A stretch of 64,000 nt of DNA from Octopus sinensis (GCF_006345805.1 NC_043011.1:6014001-6078000); one strand, 5' to 3'; positions 47,051 to 60,953 are shown, numbered from the stretch's first letter. Numbers and translations: made by a program. Notes: a model not told the origin generated them from the sequence alone.

Positions 47051-49327
47051 ATGATGTTTGTGCAAAAAACGTTGAAAGCCATTCAGCTGAATATATCATT
47101 ACGTCGTCTTGCGAAGGCTAAGAGAAGAGCTGTGAAGTTACATGAAGAATGTTGTATCCGTAAAAAAGAGAACTTAAAGCCAGGTAGCTACTATGAACAG
47201 TTCTGCTCGTTGTCGTTATGGTTCCTGTTTGGTTCTATAGTTAATCTTTTTCTTTATTTGGTGTTAATCTATCATGTTGAAACAACCTTATGGACAGCGG
47301 TCATAATTTGTTTTTGTGCTGGGTTTGTGCTTTGTTTAGTTTTACCATACTCGGTGGCCGTTCGCTGTACGATCCTTTTGGCTGCCCCGGGATTTTTCAC
47401 AAGCAAAGGGCGATCGTTTCTGATTCTGTATGCTTTCATGCTCACTCTGAATCAACCAGTGGCCAATTTTAGTAACAACATTGTCGTGATGACCGAGGCA
47501 ATGACTTGCGGCCAAGAAGTTGCCTACAATCAAACAGAGAGACTTATAGCCATCGCTTTAAATCCTTTATCTGGGATTATCGGTGGGATTGAGGAGTTTG
47601 TGAATACAATCAATCGCTACAGTCGTATGGCACAGCAAGCATTTCTGTCAATGAAGAAAGGAATCGAAGAACTAGTTGCCTCAATAAATAATATCTTTTC
47701 TTGGCTTGGCAACATAGTGAATGTTTGCAATGAAAGGATGCTCGACCCTTTTAGAAAATGCACGAGGGCTTTTAAATTGGCTCGTAATAATTGTGTTAGG
47801 ACGGTGCTACCAGAATTTGTGAAATTGTGCAATATTGTAACCTTTTTTAAAAGTATATGTCACTTAGCAAGAATTGGCGAAATGTTATGTTCTCTTACTG
47901 AAGTACTCAAGAAGCTTGTGCTTCGAACGTTTGCCGCTCCAGTTAGCATTGCAATTCAGAATTTATATGACATGTTCTACTTTAAAATAAAAATCGATTA
48001 CGAATACCAAGTGTCTATGGAGCAGACGAAAAGTTACAGTCAAGTGAAAAAAGATGTGCTCCGTGAAGTCAAAGAAAAACTGAGCATGTATTTTACAAAA
48101 TTGGAATTCATCAAATTTGTCACAGACTTAATGCTAATTATTGTGTTCGTAAAAGCTTATCGTTATAGAATTAAATACCTGAGTAAAGATAAATTTGATA
48201 ATATTTACATTTCGAAAAATTTATATGATATTGACTATATAAAAGGGATTCAGTCGAAAGAGACACTACTTCCATTGAAGAGATCTGAGAAACAAAACTA
48301 TATTAGTTCCACTTCGTTAAGGCTAACTTGTCAAGAGAAACGAAAATTCTGTAAAGGCTTTGTTTTCTTTTTAATTACTTCTTCCACCATACTTTTCCAT
48401 TTATTTTGTGATTATGGCCTCTTCTGGATCCTGGAACTAGTGCGCAAGAGTTTTTCAATGAAAGTTGACGTCGAAGAACTGTCACATGTTCAAGTACATG
48501 TTAGTGGCAAAGGGCCGTATGCAGACATGTATAAATCTCTGATATCCATTTTTGGTCCCTTGGCAAGCAATGATGTGAAAAACCTTACTCTTTGTCTCCC
48601 TAATCCAACTGAACCCAATTACGAAGTATACAAAACCATCAGCATGATTATGGGCTTGTGCCTAATATCAGTGGTTTTTGAAGGCTACGGGCGACGACTA
48701 CGCCATATTGTCTGTGATGAATTTTATCCAGTTCGTGCCAAAGAAAGAGCAGTGTGGCTCTATTCTAATCTCTTGGTACAACGGGGGAGTCTAGAAAAGT
48801 TTCTACGGCGGAAAATGCGTCTTGACTATCGAAGTTCTATGGATGCAAAAAACATCAGCTGGAAAGGTAAACTTGCAGCAAGATGTCCTCCGGTTCGGCG
48901 ATTACTTGAGATTCTGGGGTTTGAAATCAAATATTGTTTAGGATGCAGTGCAGATGGTAAAATAAGTGACAGAGTGAACTTCAAACATTGTGAGAATGAA
49001 AGCTGTAAGGCTGTGTATTGTTTGGATTGTTACTATGATATCCACAACACTTGTACGGTGTGTATGAAACCAATTGATTATGCTGACTTGTCTGATGTGA
49101 GTGATGAGAGAGACTCCAGCGAGTGTGATGCTGAAAATGCTTACCAATCTGAGCAGAATAAGAAGAAATTACAGGCAAAAGTTGCCATGGAACAAGAAAA
49201 CATTGCAAGGAACAACCGTCTTCAACGACGTAAATCTCAAGCAATTCTGCAGAAAGCTTATGACTTGATAATGATGGAGTACAGACCTTTAAAAGAGAGA
49301 ACCCGATGCAATTACAGGTATAGATGA
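47051..49327 (+). CDS. DCST2: DC-STAMP domain multi-pass membrane protein with C-terminal Cys-rich RING-like domain (DCST2/SPE-42-like), single coding exon, 758 aa
   Basis: Uninterrupted 2277-nt ORF with an in-frame TAA at 47021. Hydrophobic clusters (LWFLFGSIVNLFLYLVL, AVIICFCAGFVLCLVL, LMLIIVFV, FVFFLITSSTILFHLF, ISMIMGLCLISVVF). VRCTILLAAPGFFTSKGR..PVAN..TCGQEVAYNQT is closer to DCST2 than DCST1 from memory. YCLGC..CENESCKAVYCLDC..CTVC. Confidence 0.88.
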   Translation: MMFVQKTLKAIQLNISLRRLAKAKRRAVKLHEECCIRKKENLKPGSYYEQFCSLSLWFLFGSIVNLFLYLVLIYHVETTLWTAVIICFCAGFVLCLVLPYSVAVRCTILLAAPGFFTSKGRSFLILYAFMLTLNQPVANFSNNIVVMTEAMTCGQEVAYNQTERLIAIALNPLSGIIGGIEEFVNTINRYSRMAQQAFLSMKKGIEELVASINNIFSWLGNIVNVCNERMLDPFRKCTRAFKLARNNCVRTVLPEFVKLCNIVTFFKSICHLARIGEMLCSLTEVLKKLVLRTFAAPVSIAIQNLYDMFYFKIKIDYEYQVSMEQTKSYSQVKKDVLREVKEKLSMYFTKLEFIKFVTDLMLIIVFVKAYRYRIKYLSKDKFDNIYISKNLYDIDYIKGIQSKETLLPLKRSEKQNYISSTSLRLTCQEKRKFCKGFVFFLITSSTILFHLFCDYGLFWILELVRKSFSMKVDVEELSHVQVHVSGKGPYADMYKSLISIFGPLASNDVKNLTLCLPNPTEPNYEVYKTISMIMGLCLISVVFEGYGRRLRHIVCDEFYPVRAKERAVWLYSNLLVQRGSLEKFLRRKMRLDYRSSMDAKNISWKGKLAARCPPVRRLLEILGFEIKYCLGCSADGKISDRVNFKHCENESCKAVYCLDCYYDIHNTCTVCMKPIDYADLSDVSDERDSSECDAENAYQSEQNKKKLQAKVAMEQENIARNNRLQRRKSQAILQKAYDLIMMEYRPLKERTRCNYRYR

Positions 49328-51809
49328 GATGGTCATAGCAGCTAAACTAGACATAGAAATTGGAAGTGATACCTTTATTCCTATTTTTTTATAATTTTAG
49401 ACAAGATGATAAAAAATGAAATATCATTTGCAGTGGAGTGATTTCAAGTTATGGAAATATACGTTTGATTTACAGTCTTTTAGCGGATTATAAAGTGAAG
49501 CCCTGTAAAAACTAAATCAGAAAAAAAGGCCACAAAGGTACAATATCAAGGTATCTGATGTTGTTTTAAATTGACTGTAAACTTCATAAGATCTAAAATT
49601 CAGTTTACAGTATATTACCTGTTCTTTGACAGATATATGTCATTAACAGAAATTATCCAAATTGGAAAACAAGCTTTCCATTTCTGTTGTTGATGAGTCC
49701 CCCACCACCCACATAGCTTCAGACTAAAATACAACCAGGAGGAAATAACAGGTTGAAACCAGTTAATTCTTTCACTTTTTTTTTTTTTTTTACAATTTTC
49801 CCCTGTAAATTAATTCTTCAAATTAAACCCGAAGGAATATTTTATTTAGCCCAGGCACACATACATGCTTACACTTGTATGTTGGTACAGGCCTGGGAGA
49901 AACGGAATGTTCTGATGAGAATTTATCTTGTTGATTCTCCTGTAAGATCCAGAGAAGCACATGAACTGTAACACCGACAAAAGAGTAAAAACAATTTGAG
50001 GAGAATAAACATTGTATGATTACCATTTCTTGTTTGTGTGTTTGATAAATATTTTCCGGAATGTTCCTGAAGTTAATGTTTAGCATCAGCTTTGTACTCA
50101 TCAAGCACAACCATACTGCAAAGAATTTTGAAATGAACCTAATTTCTCTCTATTTTCACTGACACATCTTTTCCTGCAACTAATTACATCATCATCATCA
50201 TCTGGCAGGAAGGTAATAGTATTGTGATCAGGCATAGCTGTGTGGTAAGAAGCTTGCTTCCCAACCACTTGGTTCTGGGTTCAGTCCCACTGCGTGGCAC
50301 CTTCAGCAAGTGTTTTCTACTGCAGCCTCAGGCTGACCAAAGCCATGTGAGTGGATTTCGTAGACAGAAACTGACAGAAGCCTGTTGCATGTGTATGTGT
50401 GTTTGTCCCCCAAGATCATTTGACAACTGGCATTGGTGTGTGTACCTCCCTGTAACTTAGCAGTTTGGCAAAAGAGACTAATGGAATAGGTGCCCAGCTT
50501 AAAAAAGCAATTAAATACTGGGGTTGATTTGTAGTTCAAGGTGTGCTGCCCCAGCATGGGCTGCTGTCTAATGATTAAAACAAGTAAAAGATAAAAAATT
50601 AAAAAGAGTCATAACAAGGAAAGGGTGTGGAGGCATGCCAGGAGTGGTATTGGTGAGTTTTGAGAAGCAGGGAGTTCTAGAAGGATCTGTTGATGGGGAA
50701 ATGGTAGTCTTTTAGAAAGTGATGGAGTACTTACATTTAGGAATGGGAACTTCATCCCCTGAAAAATACAATAAAATGGAATGTCATTGTCATCATCACC
50801 ACCATCATCATCATTTAACATCTCTTTTAAAAACATGAAGAATGCTTAGAAAGATTACCTTCAGACTGAAGAATGATTGCTAAGATAAGAAGAAAGGAGA
50901 TTGGTAATGCCATGTTATTGCTTGTAAAACTAATCTGTATCTAGTGAAGACCACAAATGTACTTTAGACAATAGGTGTGTGTGTGGTCTTTACACTGATG
51001 ATGCTTCCCAACCACTTGGTTCTGGGTTCAGTCCCACCGTGTGGCACCTTAGGAAGTATTTTCTACTACAGCCTCAGGCTGACCAAAGCCATTTGAGTGG
51101 ATTTGGTAGACAGAAACTGAAAGAAGTTTATTATGTGTGTATAGTGAGGTTGATTCATAGTTTAAGGTGTTGCTGCCCCAGTATGGGCTGCAGTCTAATG
51201 ACTGAAACAAGTAAAAGATAAAAAATTAAAAAGAGTCATAATGAGGAGGCATGCCAGGAGTGGTGTTGGGGAATTTTGAGAAGCAGGGAATTCTAGAAGG
51301 ATCTGTTGACTGCGAAATGGTAGTCTTTTAGAAAGCGAGGGAATACTTACATTTATGAATGGGAGTCTTACCCGCTGAAAAATACAAAAAAGTCAAATGA
51401 AATGGAATGTCACCATCATCATCATTGTTTAACATCCCTTTTTCCATGCTGGCAAGGGTTGAACAGTTTGCTTAGAACTGAGAGATAAGAGGACGGTGCT
51501 GAGCTCCATTGTCTACTCAAAGCAGAATTTCAACAGAGGAAATGCATTTTACCTGGTCTGTTAATGGTTCTGCCAGCTTGCTGCCTTACCAAATAAAAAT
51601 AATAATAATAAATAGTTTCAAATTTTGGCGCAAGGCAAACGCATTTGGGGGAGGGGAAGAGTCAAATACCTTGACCCCGGTACTCAACTGATATTTATTT
51701 TATCAACCCCAAAAGGATGAAAGAGCAAAGTCGACCTCAGAGGGATTTGAGCTCAGAATGTAAAGGTAGACGAAATGCCATTAAGCAGTTTTCCTAGCAT
51801 GCTAAAATA

Positions 51810-51936
<127 letters not shown>

Positions 51937-52117
51937 TAGTGATGAAGATGATGATGATTACAGTAATATAAGCAATAACGAAATATGTATTTTAAAGGGT
52001 TTAAGAACCTGAGGAATGCTTAGAAAGCTTACCTTCAGACTGAAGAATGATTGCTAAGATAAGAAGAAAGGAGATTGGTGATGCCATGTTATTGCTTGTA
52101 AAACTAATCTGTATCTA

Positions 52118-52960
52118 TTTTAGAGATTAATGTATATCACAAACAAGAAGGGACCAAGGACAGATCCCTGTGGTACACTCGATGACATCTCATATGGTGT
52201 AGAATGCTGTCCTAGAACTGTGACTACCTCCTTTCGGCTGAGAATGAAGGATTTCAACCAGTTAAAAAGGTCATCCCTCACACCCATTGCAGAGAGTTTC
52301 ACCATAAGCCTTTTGTGTGGCACAGAGTTGAAAGCCTTAGCAAAGTCAAGGTAGACAACATCCACCCATGAGCCACTGTCAGTGATCTGAGTAATGTCCT
52401 CAAGGAACTCGACAAGCTTGCTTGAGATGGTTGGAAGATTTATTCCGCTTCTTCCTGTTGGTGTCTGATTTATGCAACTTGTATTCCCGTTCAGCAGTCC
52501 GACGTTCCTTCCTGGCAAGTCGGGCCGCTGAAGTTTCCCAAATTGCCCTTTTGGGGCGGTTCTTCTTTTTCTGTTTATGTGGCACTGATGCTGCACATGC
52601 TGCCCATATTGAGTCCAGGATACTCTGGAGTATAGTATTCACATCTCCAGAGTTGTAGAATTCACGCCAGTTTGGGTGCTGTAGTTCAGTGTGGTACAGG
52701 TTCCAATCTGCTCTCTTCCAATCAAAGGAAGCAGATTGGAGATGGTTCAGGTTTTTGTTGTTGCCCGCAAGAGCCAGATTGGCGATGATCATAGAATGAT
52801 CAGAGTCACCTAGAGGTTCCTCCGTAGTGCAATTGATAACCGCTTCAGGAGTTGTGGTGAAGAGCAGGTCCAAGGTGTTGTCACCTCTTGTTGGAGGGGC
52901 GACTACTTGTGACCAGTTTGACTCCAGTACAAGCTCAACAAAATTGTTTGCACTCTGTGG
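52118..52960 (-). mobile_element. Internally deleted CR1-clade LINE fragment
   Basis: PTRGDNTLDLLFT..LGDSDH (APE end); VDVVYLDFAKAFNSVPHKRL..WLKSF..VPQGSVLGPFLFVIYIN (RT). Confidence 0.88.
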
Positions 52961-54072
52961 CCAAAGTGGGGTTGATTAGTAGTTCAAGGCGGTGCTGCCA
53001 CAGCCTAATGACTGAAACAAGTAAAAGATAAAAAATTAAAGGAAAGGGTGCGGAGGTATGGCAGGAGTAATATTGGTGAGTTTTGAGAAGCAGGGAATTC
53101 TAGAAGGATCTGTTGATGGGGAAATGGAAGGCTTTTAGAAAGTGATGGAATACTTACATATATGAATGGGAATTTCATCCGCTGAAAAATACAAAAAAGT
53201 CAAATGAAATGGAATGTCACCATCATCATCATCAACATCATCATCATTGTTTAACATCCCTTTTTGCAGGGTGGCATAGATTGAATAGTTTGCTTGGAAC
53301 TGAGAGATCAGAGGATGGTGCTGAGCTCCGTTGTCTGCTCCGGCCGGGTTTCTATGGCTGGAAGCCCTTCCTAATACCAACCACTTTACAGCATGATTTC
53401 TTTGGTGGGGTGGGGCCAAGGGCAGTAGAGTGTTCACCACTTACTTGCAAGTCAGGTGGGTGTACTACTGAGGGAGGTTGAAAATGTAACAGAGCGACAG
53501 CAGCAGGTGTGTTTGCTGAAGACATGAATATATGTACATCATATTCATTTGCCATCATCATCATTACCAGCATCACCATCACAAGAACTATGACCAACAT
53601 TAACCAAAGAAGAGGAAGGAGAATTAGTTGGGGTCTTTTTTAAAATCTTTTTGGCATTTAAGGAATGTGTAGATGATGTTTGGGTATCTTTAGATCAGAA
53701 AAGTATTAACCCCTGCTGTTAGGGGTATAATCTTAATACTTGGTGTAGAATGTTTCTAAAGACAGCCATGGGGCACTATTAAACCCAGATGATATGATGT
53801 GCCAACCATTATTTAATGTTTGTTTTCCATGCTGGCATGAGTTGAATGCTTTGGCAGGAAATAGCAACTCAGGGGTGGCTTACAGCTGAAAGTCCTTCCT
53901 ACTGCCAACTACTTTACAGAGTGTACTGGGTGCTTTTTACATGGCACCAGCTGCAGTTAGGTCCCCAAGCAACTTGCTGGACAAAACCCCTCAATTGGGA
54001 GGGAGAGAAAATGCTGTTAAGTATTTTGCCCGGCATACTGACAATTCTGCAACTCATTAACTTAAAAATAAT

Positions 54073-54103
<31 letters not shown>

Positions 54104-54472
54104 GTTTAACGTCCGCTTTCCATGCTAGCATGGGTTGGACGGTTCATCCGGGGTCTGGGAAGCCAGAAGGCTGCAGCAGGCCCAGTCTGATCTGGCAATT
54201 TTTCTACGGCTGGATGCCCTCCCTACTGCCATCCACTCCGTGAGTGTAGTGGGTGCTTTTTATGTGCCACCGGCACAGGTGCCAGACAGGGTTGGCAAAC
54301 GGCCACGATCGGATGGTGCTTTTTACGTGCCATCGGCACGGGGGGCAGGCGAGGCTTACAACGGCCACGAACGGATGGGCGGCGCTCGCAATGGCCACGT
54401 TCGGATAGTTCTCTTACATGCCACCGGCACTGGTATCACAGCTGCAATTTCCATTGATGTTGATCAATTTCG

Positions 54473-54510
<38 letters not shown>

Positions 54511-54513
<3 letters not shown>

Positions 54514-54942
54514 CACAGATTTGTTTGTCAGTTGTTTGACCTTAACCAGTTGAGCATTTCCCTTAGTCGCTGACGATATATGCATCTCTGATGACGAGCA
54601 GAAGTAGTGGGGGAGCATCATAACCATGTGTTGAGAGGGATTCTTTGGGGTTTGAATAATTCACCTCTGGTAACATGGGTGTTGCGTTCAACATCCTTAA
54701 ACAACCCTTATTCAGAGACCTTTTTAGTGGGATGGGTTACTCGACCAGCAGAAAATTCTAACTAATCCCCACCTGCAAGGTCATGTGCTGTTTATCTTGA
54801 TATGAGATCATCATGTCGTGCACATATGGTTGTGAAGCATGTGCCTAGTGTACCCTTATCAGACGGGTAGTCATGATGGGTATACTGGGCTTCGTATATT
54901 TTACCCAGTGTCACTTTGATGGCATGAACTGCTCTCTCACAC
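54511..54942 (+). mobile_element. TAA-element, 5'-truncated
   Basis: Homology to 37756-38285; (TAA)n flanks. Confidence 0.85.
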
Positions 54943-56203
54943 AATAATAATAATAATGATGATGAAGATGATGATGATGATTACAGTAATATAAGCAATA
55001 ACGAAATATGTATTTTAAAGGGTTTAAGAACCTGAGGAATGCTTAGAAAGCTTACCTTCAGACTGAAGAATGATTGCTAAGATAAGAAGAAAGGAGATTG
55101 GTGATGCCATGTTATTGCTTGTAAAACTAATCTGTATCTAGTGAAGACCACAAATGTATTTTAGACAATAAGTGTGTGTGTGTGGTCTTTACACTGATGA
55201 TGCTTCCCAACCACTTGGTTCTGGGTTCAGTCATAACAAGGAAAGGGTGCGGAGGCATGCCAGGAGTGGTGTTGGGGAGTTTTGAGAAGCAGGGAATTCT
55301 AGAAGGATCTGTTGATGGGGAAATGGTTGTCTTTTAGAAAGTGATGGAGTACTTACATATATGAATGGTCTCTTCGTCTGCTGAAAAATACAATAAAGAC
55401 AAATGAAATGGAATGTCACCATCATCATCAACAACATCATCATCATCATCATCATCATCACCATCACCATCATCATCATTGATAGAGGTGGTGATACTAG
55501 CAGTGGTGGTGGTGGTGGTGGTGGTGGTAATTCAACATCTACTTTAACACTACCCCCTGTGACGTCTTCAGGTCAGGTCTATAATCTGAAGATAATCTTC
55601 TCCCTCCACCCCTTCCCACCAACTTCAGAGATCTCTCCTCTACCCCAAAGGAGTACAGGTGGTTGCTACCCTTGGTCTTCTTACTGAGTCAAGAAAACAA
55701 ACAGTATTTTTAAGAAAGCAAGAAAGTGGTAGAAGCATGTCTAAAGACCTGTCTTTGAGGCAGCAATAATGTTCCGAATTTGAAAGAATCCTGAAGATTT
55801 TTGCAGAAAAAGTACCTTGGGGAATTTCTTCTGGATCTTTACATGTTCTGAGTTCAAATCTTACCAAGACCAATTTTGACTTTTATCCTTTCTGTGGTCA
55901 AACCAGTCAAGTCATGACAGCCAGTCGAAGTGACTAACCTCTCTATCCTAAATTGTGGTTTTTGTGCAAAGATTAGGAACACAACAACAATCCTTTCTAC
56001 TCTTGGAACAAGTCCCGAAATTTTCGGGGAGGGAGCCAGCTGATTAGATCGGCTTCACTACACAACAGGGTCTTAATTTATTGACTCTGAAAGGGTGAAA
56101 GGCAAAGTCGTCTTCGGCAGAATTTGAACTCAGAATGAAAAAACGGACAAATATGGCTAAGTATTTTGTCCGACGTGCTAACGACTCTGCCAGCTTGCTG
56201 CCT

Positions 56204-56237
<34 letters not shown>

Positions 56238-56351
56238 ACTACAACTACAACTACTACTACTACTACTACTACCACTACTACTACTACTACCACTACTACT
56301 ACTACTACTACCACTACTACTACTACTACAACTACTACTACGACTACTACA

Positions 56352-56382
<31 letters not shown>

Positions 56383-57700
56383 ATAATAATAATAATAATA
56401 ATTGTTTAACGTCCACTCTCCATGCTAGCATGGGTTGGACGATTTTCACTAAGGACTGACGAACCAGATGGCTGCACCAGGCTCCAATCTTGATCTGGCA
56501 GAGTTTCTACAGCTGGATGCCCTTCCTAACGCCAACCACTCACAGAGTGTTGTGGGTGTGTGTGTAAAGTGGGGTTGATTCGTAGTTCAAGGTAGTGCTG
56601 CCCCAGCATGGGCCACAGCCTAATGATTGAAACAAGTAAAAGATAAAAAATTAAAAAGTGTCATAACAAGGAAAGGGTGTGGAGGCATGCCAGGAGTGGT
56701 GTTGGTGAGTTTTGAGAAGCAGGGAGTTCTAGAAGGATCTGTTGATGGGGAAATGGTAGTCTTTTAGAAAGTGATGGAATACTTACATTTATGAATGGGA
56801 GTCTTGTCCGCTGAAAAATACAAAAAAGTCAAATGAAATGGAATGTCGCCATCATCATCATCAACATCATCATCATTGTTTAACATCCCTTTTTGCAGGG
56901 TGGCATGGATTGAATAGTTTGCTTGGAACTGAGAGATCAGAGGATGGTGCTGAGCTCCGTTGTCTGCTCCGGCCGGGTTTCTACGGCTGGATGCCCTTCC
57001 TAATACCAACCACTTTACAGCATGATTTCTTTGGTGGGGTGGGGCCAAGAGCAGTAGAGTGTTCACCACTTACTTGCAAGTCAGGGGGTGTACTACTGAG
57101 GGAGGTTGAAAGTGTAACAGAGCGACAGCAGCAGGTGTGTTTGCTGAAGACATGAATATATGTACATCATATTCATTTGCCATCATCATCATTACCAGCA
57201 TCACCATCACAAGAACTATGACCAACATTAACCAAAGAAGAGGAAGGAGAATTAGTTGGGGTCTTTTTTAAAATCTTTTTGGCATTTAAGGAATGTGTAG
57301 ATGATGTTTGGGTATCTTTAGATCAGAAAAGTATTAACCCCTGCTGTTAGGGGTATAATCTTAATACTTGGTGTAGAATGTTTCTAAAGACAGCCATGGG
57401 GCACTATTAAACCCAGAAGATATGATGTGCCAACCATTATTTAATGTTTGTTTTCCATGCTGGCATGAGTTGAATGCTTTGGCAGGAAATAGCAACTCAG
57501 GGGTGGCTTACAGCTGAAAGTCCTTCCTACAGCCAACTACTTTACAGAGTGTACTGGGTGCTTTTTACATGGCACCAGCTGCAGTTAGGTCCCCAAGCAA
57601 CTTGCTGGACAAAACCCCTCAATTGGGAGGGAGAGAAAATGCTGTTAAGTATTTTGCCCGGCATACTGACAATTCTGCAACTCATTAACTTAAAAATAAT

Positions 57701-57731
<31 letters not shown>

Positions 57732-58089
57732 GTTTAGCATCCGCTTTCCATGCTAGCATGGGTTGGACGGTTCAACTGGGGTCTGGGAAGCCGGAAGGCT
57801 GCACCAGGACCAGTCTGATCTGGCAATGTTTCTACGGCTGGATGCCCTTCTTATTGCCAACCACTCCGTGAGTGTAGTGGGTGCGCTTTTTACATGCCAC
57901 CGGCATGGGGGCCAGGCCAGGCTTACAATGACCACGAACGGATGGTGCTTTTTACGAGCCACCGGCTCGAGGCCAGTCTGGGCGGCGCTGGCAACAGCCA
58001 CGTTCGGATGGTTCTCTTACGTGCCACCGGCACTGGTATCACAGCTGCAATTTCCATTGATGTTGCTCAATTTCCATAATAATAATAAT

Positions 58090-58140
<51 letters not shown>

Positions 58141-58141
<1 letters not shown>

Positions 58142-58695
58142 GCCCTGATGCAGTACCAGGCAGTGGCTCTCATGGCTTCTGATCTTAACTGATTGGAAGT
58201 GTTATCATGTACATTGTTTTGTCTTGGTATAAAAGATGGGCTACAGCAAATATTCTGCTCAATACCACAGATTTGCTTGTCAGTTGTTTGACCTTAACCA
58301 GTTGAGCATGTCCCTTAGTGGCTGACGATATGTACATCTCTGATCACGAGCAGAAGTAGTGGAGGAGCATCATAGCCATGTGTTGAGAGGGATTCTTTGG
58401 GGTTTGATTAGTTCACCTCTGGAAACATGGGTGGTTCTTTCAGCATCCTTAAACAACCTTTATTCAGGGACCGTTTGAGCAGGATGGGCTACTCAAAATG
58501 AAGAAAATTCTAACTGGGCCCCACCTGCAAGGTCATGTGCTGTTTATCTTGATATGAGATCTCCATGTCGCGCACATATGGTTGTGATGCATGTGCCTGG
58601 TGTACCTTTATCAGACGGGTAGTCATGGTGGGTATATTGGGCTTCGTATATTTTACCCCAGTGTCACTTTGATGGCATGAACTGCTCTCTCACTC
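58141..58695 (+). mobile_element. TAA-element, full length
   Basis: tgccctgatgcagtaccagg ... gctctctcactc with (TAA)n on both sides. Confidence 0.88.
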
Positions 58696-58734
58696 AATAA
58701 TAATAATAATAATAATGATAATAATAATAATAAC

Positions 58735-58790
<56 letters not shown>

Positions 58791-58792
<2 letters not shown>

Positions 58793-59314
58793 GCCCTGAT
58801 GCAGTACCAGGCAGTGGCTCTCATGGCTTCTGATCATAACTGATTGGAAGTGTTATCATGTACATTGTTTTGTATAATAATAACCACAGATTTGTTCGTC
58901 AGTTGTTTGACCTTAACCAGTTGAGCATTTCCCTTAGTCGCTGACGATATGTGCATCTCTGATGACGAGCAGAAGTTGTGGAGGAGCATCATAGCCATGT
59001 GTTGAGAGGCATTCTTTGGGGTTTGAATAATTCACCTCTGGTAACATGGTTGTTTCGTTCAATATTCTTAAACAACCCTTATTCAGAGACCTTTTTAGTG
59101 GGATAGGTTACTCAACCAGAAGAAAATTCTAACTAACCCTCACCTGCAAGGTCATATGCTGTTTATCCTGATATGCGATCACAATGTCGTGCACATATGG
59201 TTGTGATGTATGTGCCTAGTGTACCCTTATCAGACGGGTAGTCATGATGGGTATACTGGACTTTGTATATTTTACCCCAGTGTCACTTTGATGGCATGAA
59301 CTGCTCTCTCACAC
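58791..59314 (+). mobile_element. TAA-element, hybrid (5' ~80 bp joined to the truncated form)
   Basis: ..tacattgttttgt-ataataataaccacagatttg.. junction at about 58873. Confidence 0.8.
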
Positions 59315-60900
59315 AATAATAATGATAATGATGATGAAGATGATTAAAGTAACATAAGCATTAACGAAATATGTATTTTAAAGTGTTTAAGAACCTGAGG
59401 AATGCTTAGAAAGCTTACCTTCAGACTGAAGAATGATTGCTAAGATAAGAAGAAAGGAGATTGGTGATGCCATGTTATTGCTTGTAAAACTAATCTGTAT
59501 CTAGTGAAGACCACAAATGTATTTTAGACAATAAGTGGGTGTGTGTGTGTGTGGTTTTACACTGATGATGCTTCCCAACCACTTGGTTCTGGGTTCAGTC
59601 CCACTGTGTGGCACCTGAGCAAATGTTTTCTACAGCAGCCTCAGGCTGACCAAAGCCATTTGAGTGGATTTGGTAGACAGAAACTGAAAGAAGTTTATTA
59701 TGTGTGTATAGTGAGGTTGATTCATAGTTTAAGGTGTTGCTGCCCCAGCATGGGCTGCAGTCTAATGACTTAAACAAGTAAAAGATAAAAAATTAAAAAG
59801 GGTCATAACAAGGGAAGGGTGTGGAGGCATGCCAGGAGTGGTGTTGGTGAGTTTTGAGAAGCAGGGAGTTCTAGAAGGATCTGCTGATGGGGAAATGGTT
59901 GTCTTTTAGAAAGTGATGGAGTACTTACATTTATGAATGATATCTTCATCCGCTGAAAAATACAATAAAGACAAATGAAATGGAATGTCACCATCATCAT
60001 CAACAACAATATCATCAACATCATCACCATCACCATCACCATCATCATCATTGATAGAGGTGGTGATACTAGCAGTGGTGGTGGTGGTGGTGGTGGTAAT
60101 TCAACATCTACTTTAACACTACCATCTGTGACGTCTTCAGGTCAGGTCTATAATCTGAAGATAATCTCTCCCCACCCCTTCCCACCAACTTCAGAGATCT
60201 CCCCTCTACCCCAAAGGAGTCACAGGTGGTTGCTACCCTTGGTCTTCTTACTGAGTCAAGAAAGCAAAAAATATTTTTAAAAGAGCAAGAAAGTGGTAGA
60301 AGCATATCTAAAGACGTGTCTTTGAGGCAGCAATAATGTTCCGAATTTGAAAGAATCCTGAAGATTTTTGCAGAAAAAGTACCTTGGGGAATTTCTTCTG
60401 GATCTTTACATGTTCTGAGTTCAAATCTTACCAAGACCAATTTTGACTTTTATCCTTTCTGTGGTCAAACAAATTACCAGTCAGGTCATGACAGCCAGTG
60501 AAGTGACTAATCTCTCTATCCTAAATTGTGGTTTTTGTGCAAAGATTAGGATCACAACAACAACAACAACAACAACAGCAGCAGCAGCAGCAGCAACAAT
60601 AGCAACAACGACAACAACAACAACAACAACAGTCCTTTCTACTCTTGGCACAAGTCCCGAAATTTTGGGGGAGGGGGCCAGCTGACTAGATCGACCTCAG
60701 TACACAACTGGTACTTAATTTATTGACTCTGAAAGGGTGAAAGGCAAAGTTGACTTCGGCAGAATCAGAACTCAGAATGAAAAAATGGACGAAATATGGC
60801 TAAGTATTTTGTCCGACGTGCTAACGACTCTGCCAGCTCGCTGCCTTACTACTACTGCTGCTGCTGCTGCTACTACTACAACTACTACTACTACTACTAT

Positions 60901-60931
<31 letters not shown>

Positions 60932-60953
60932 GCTACTACTACTACTACTAATC

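Noticed and set aside
56078-56459. Mucin-like poly-Thr / poly-Val ORFs (also 60737-61201)
   Set aside because: (CTA)n/(TAA)n tract between a SINE head and an RTE tail.
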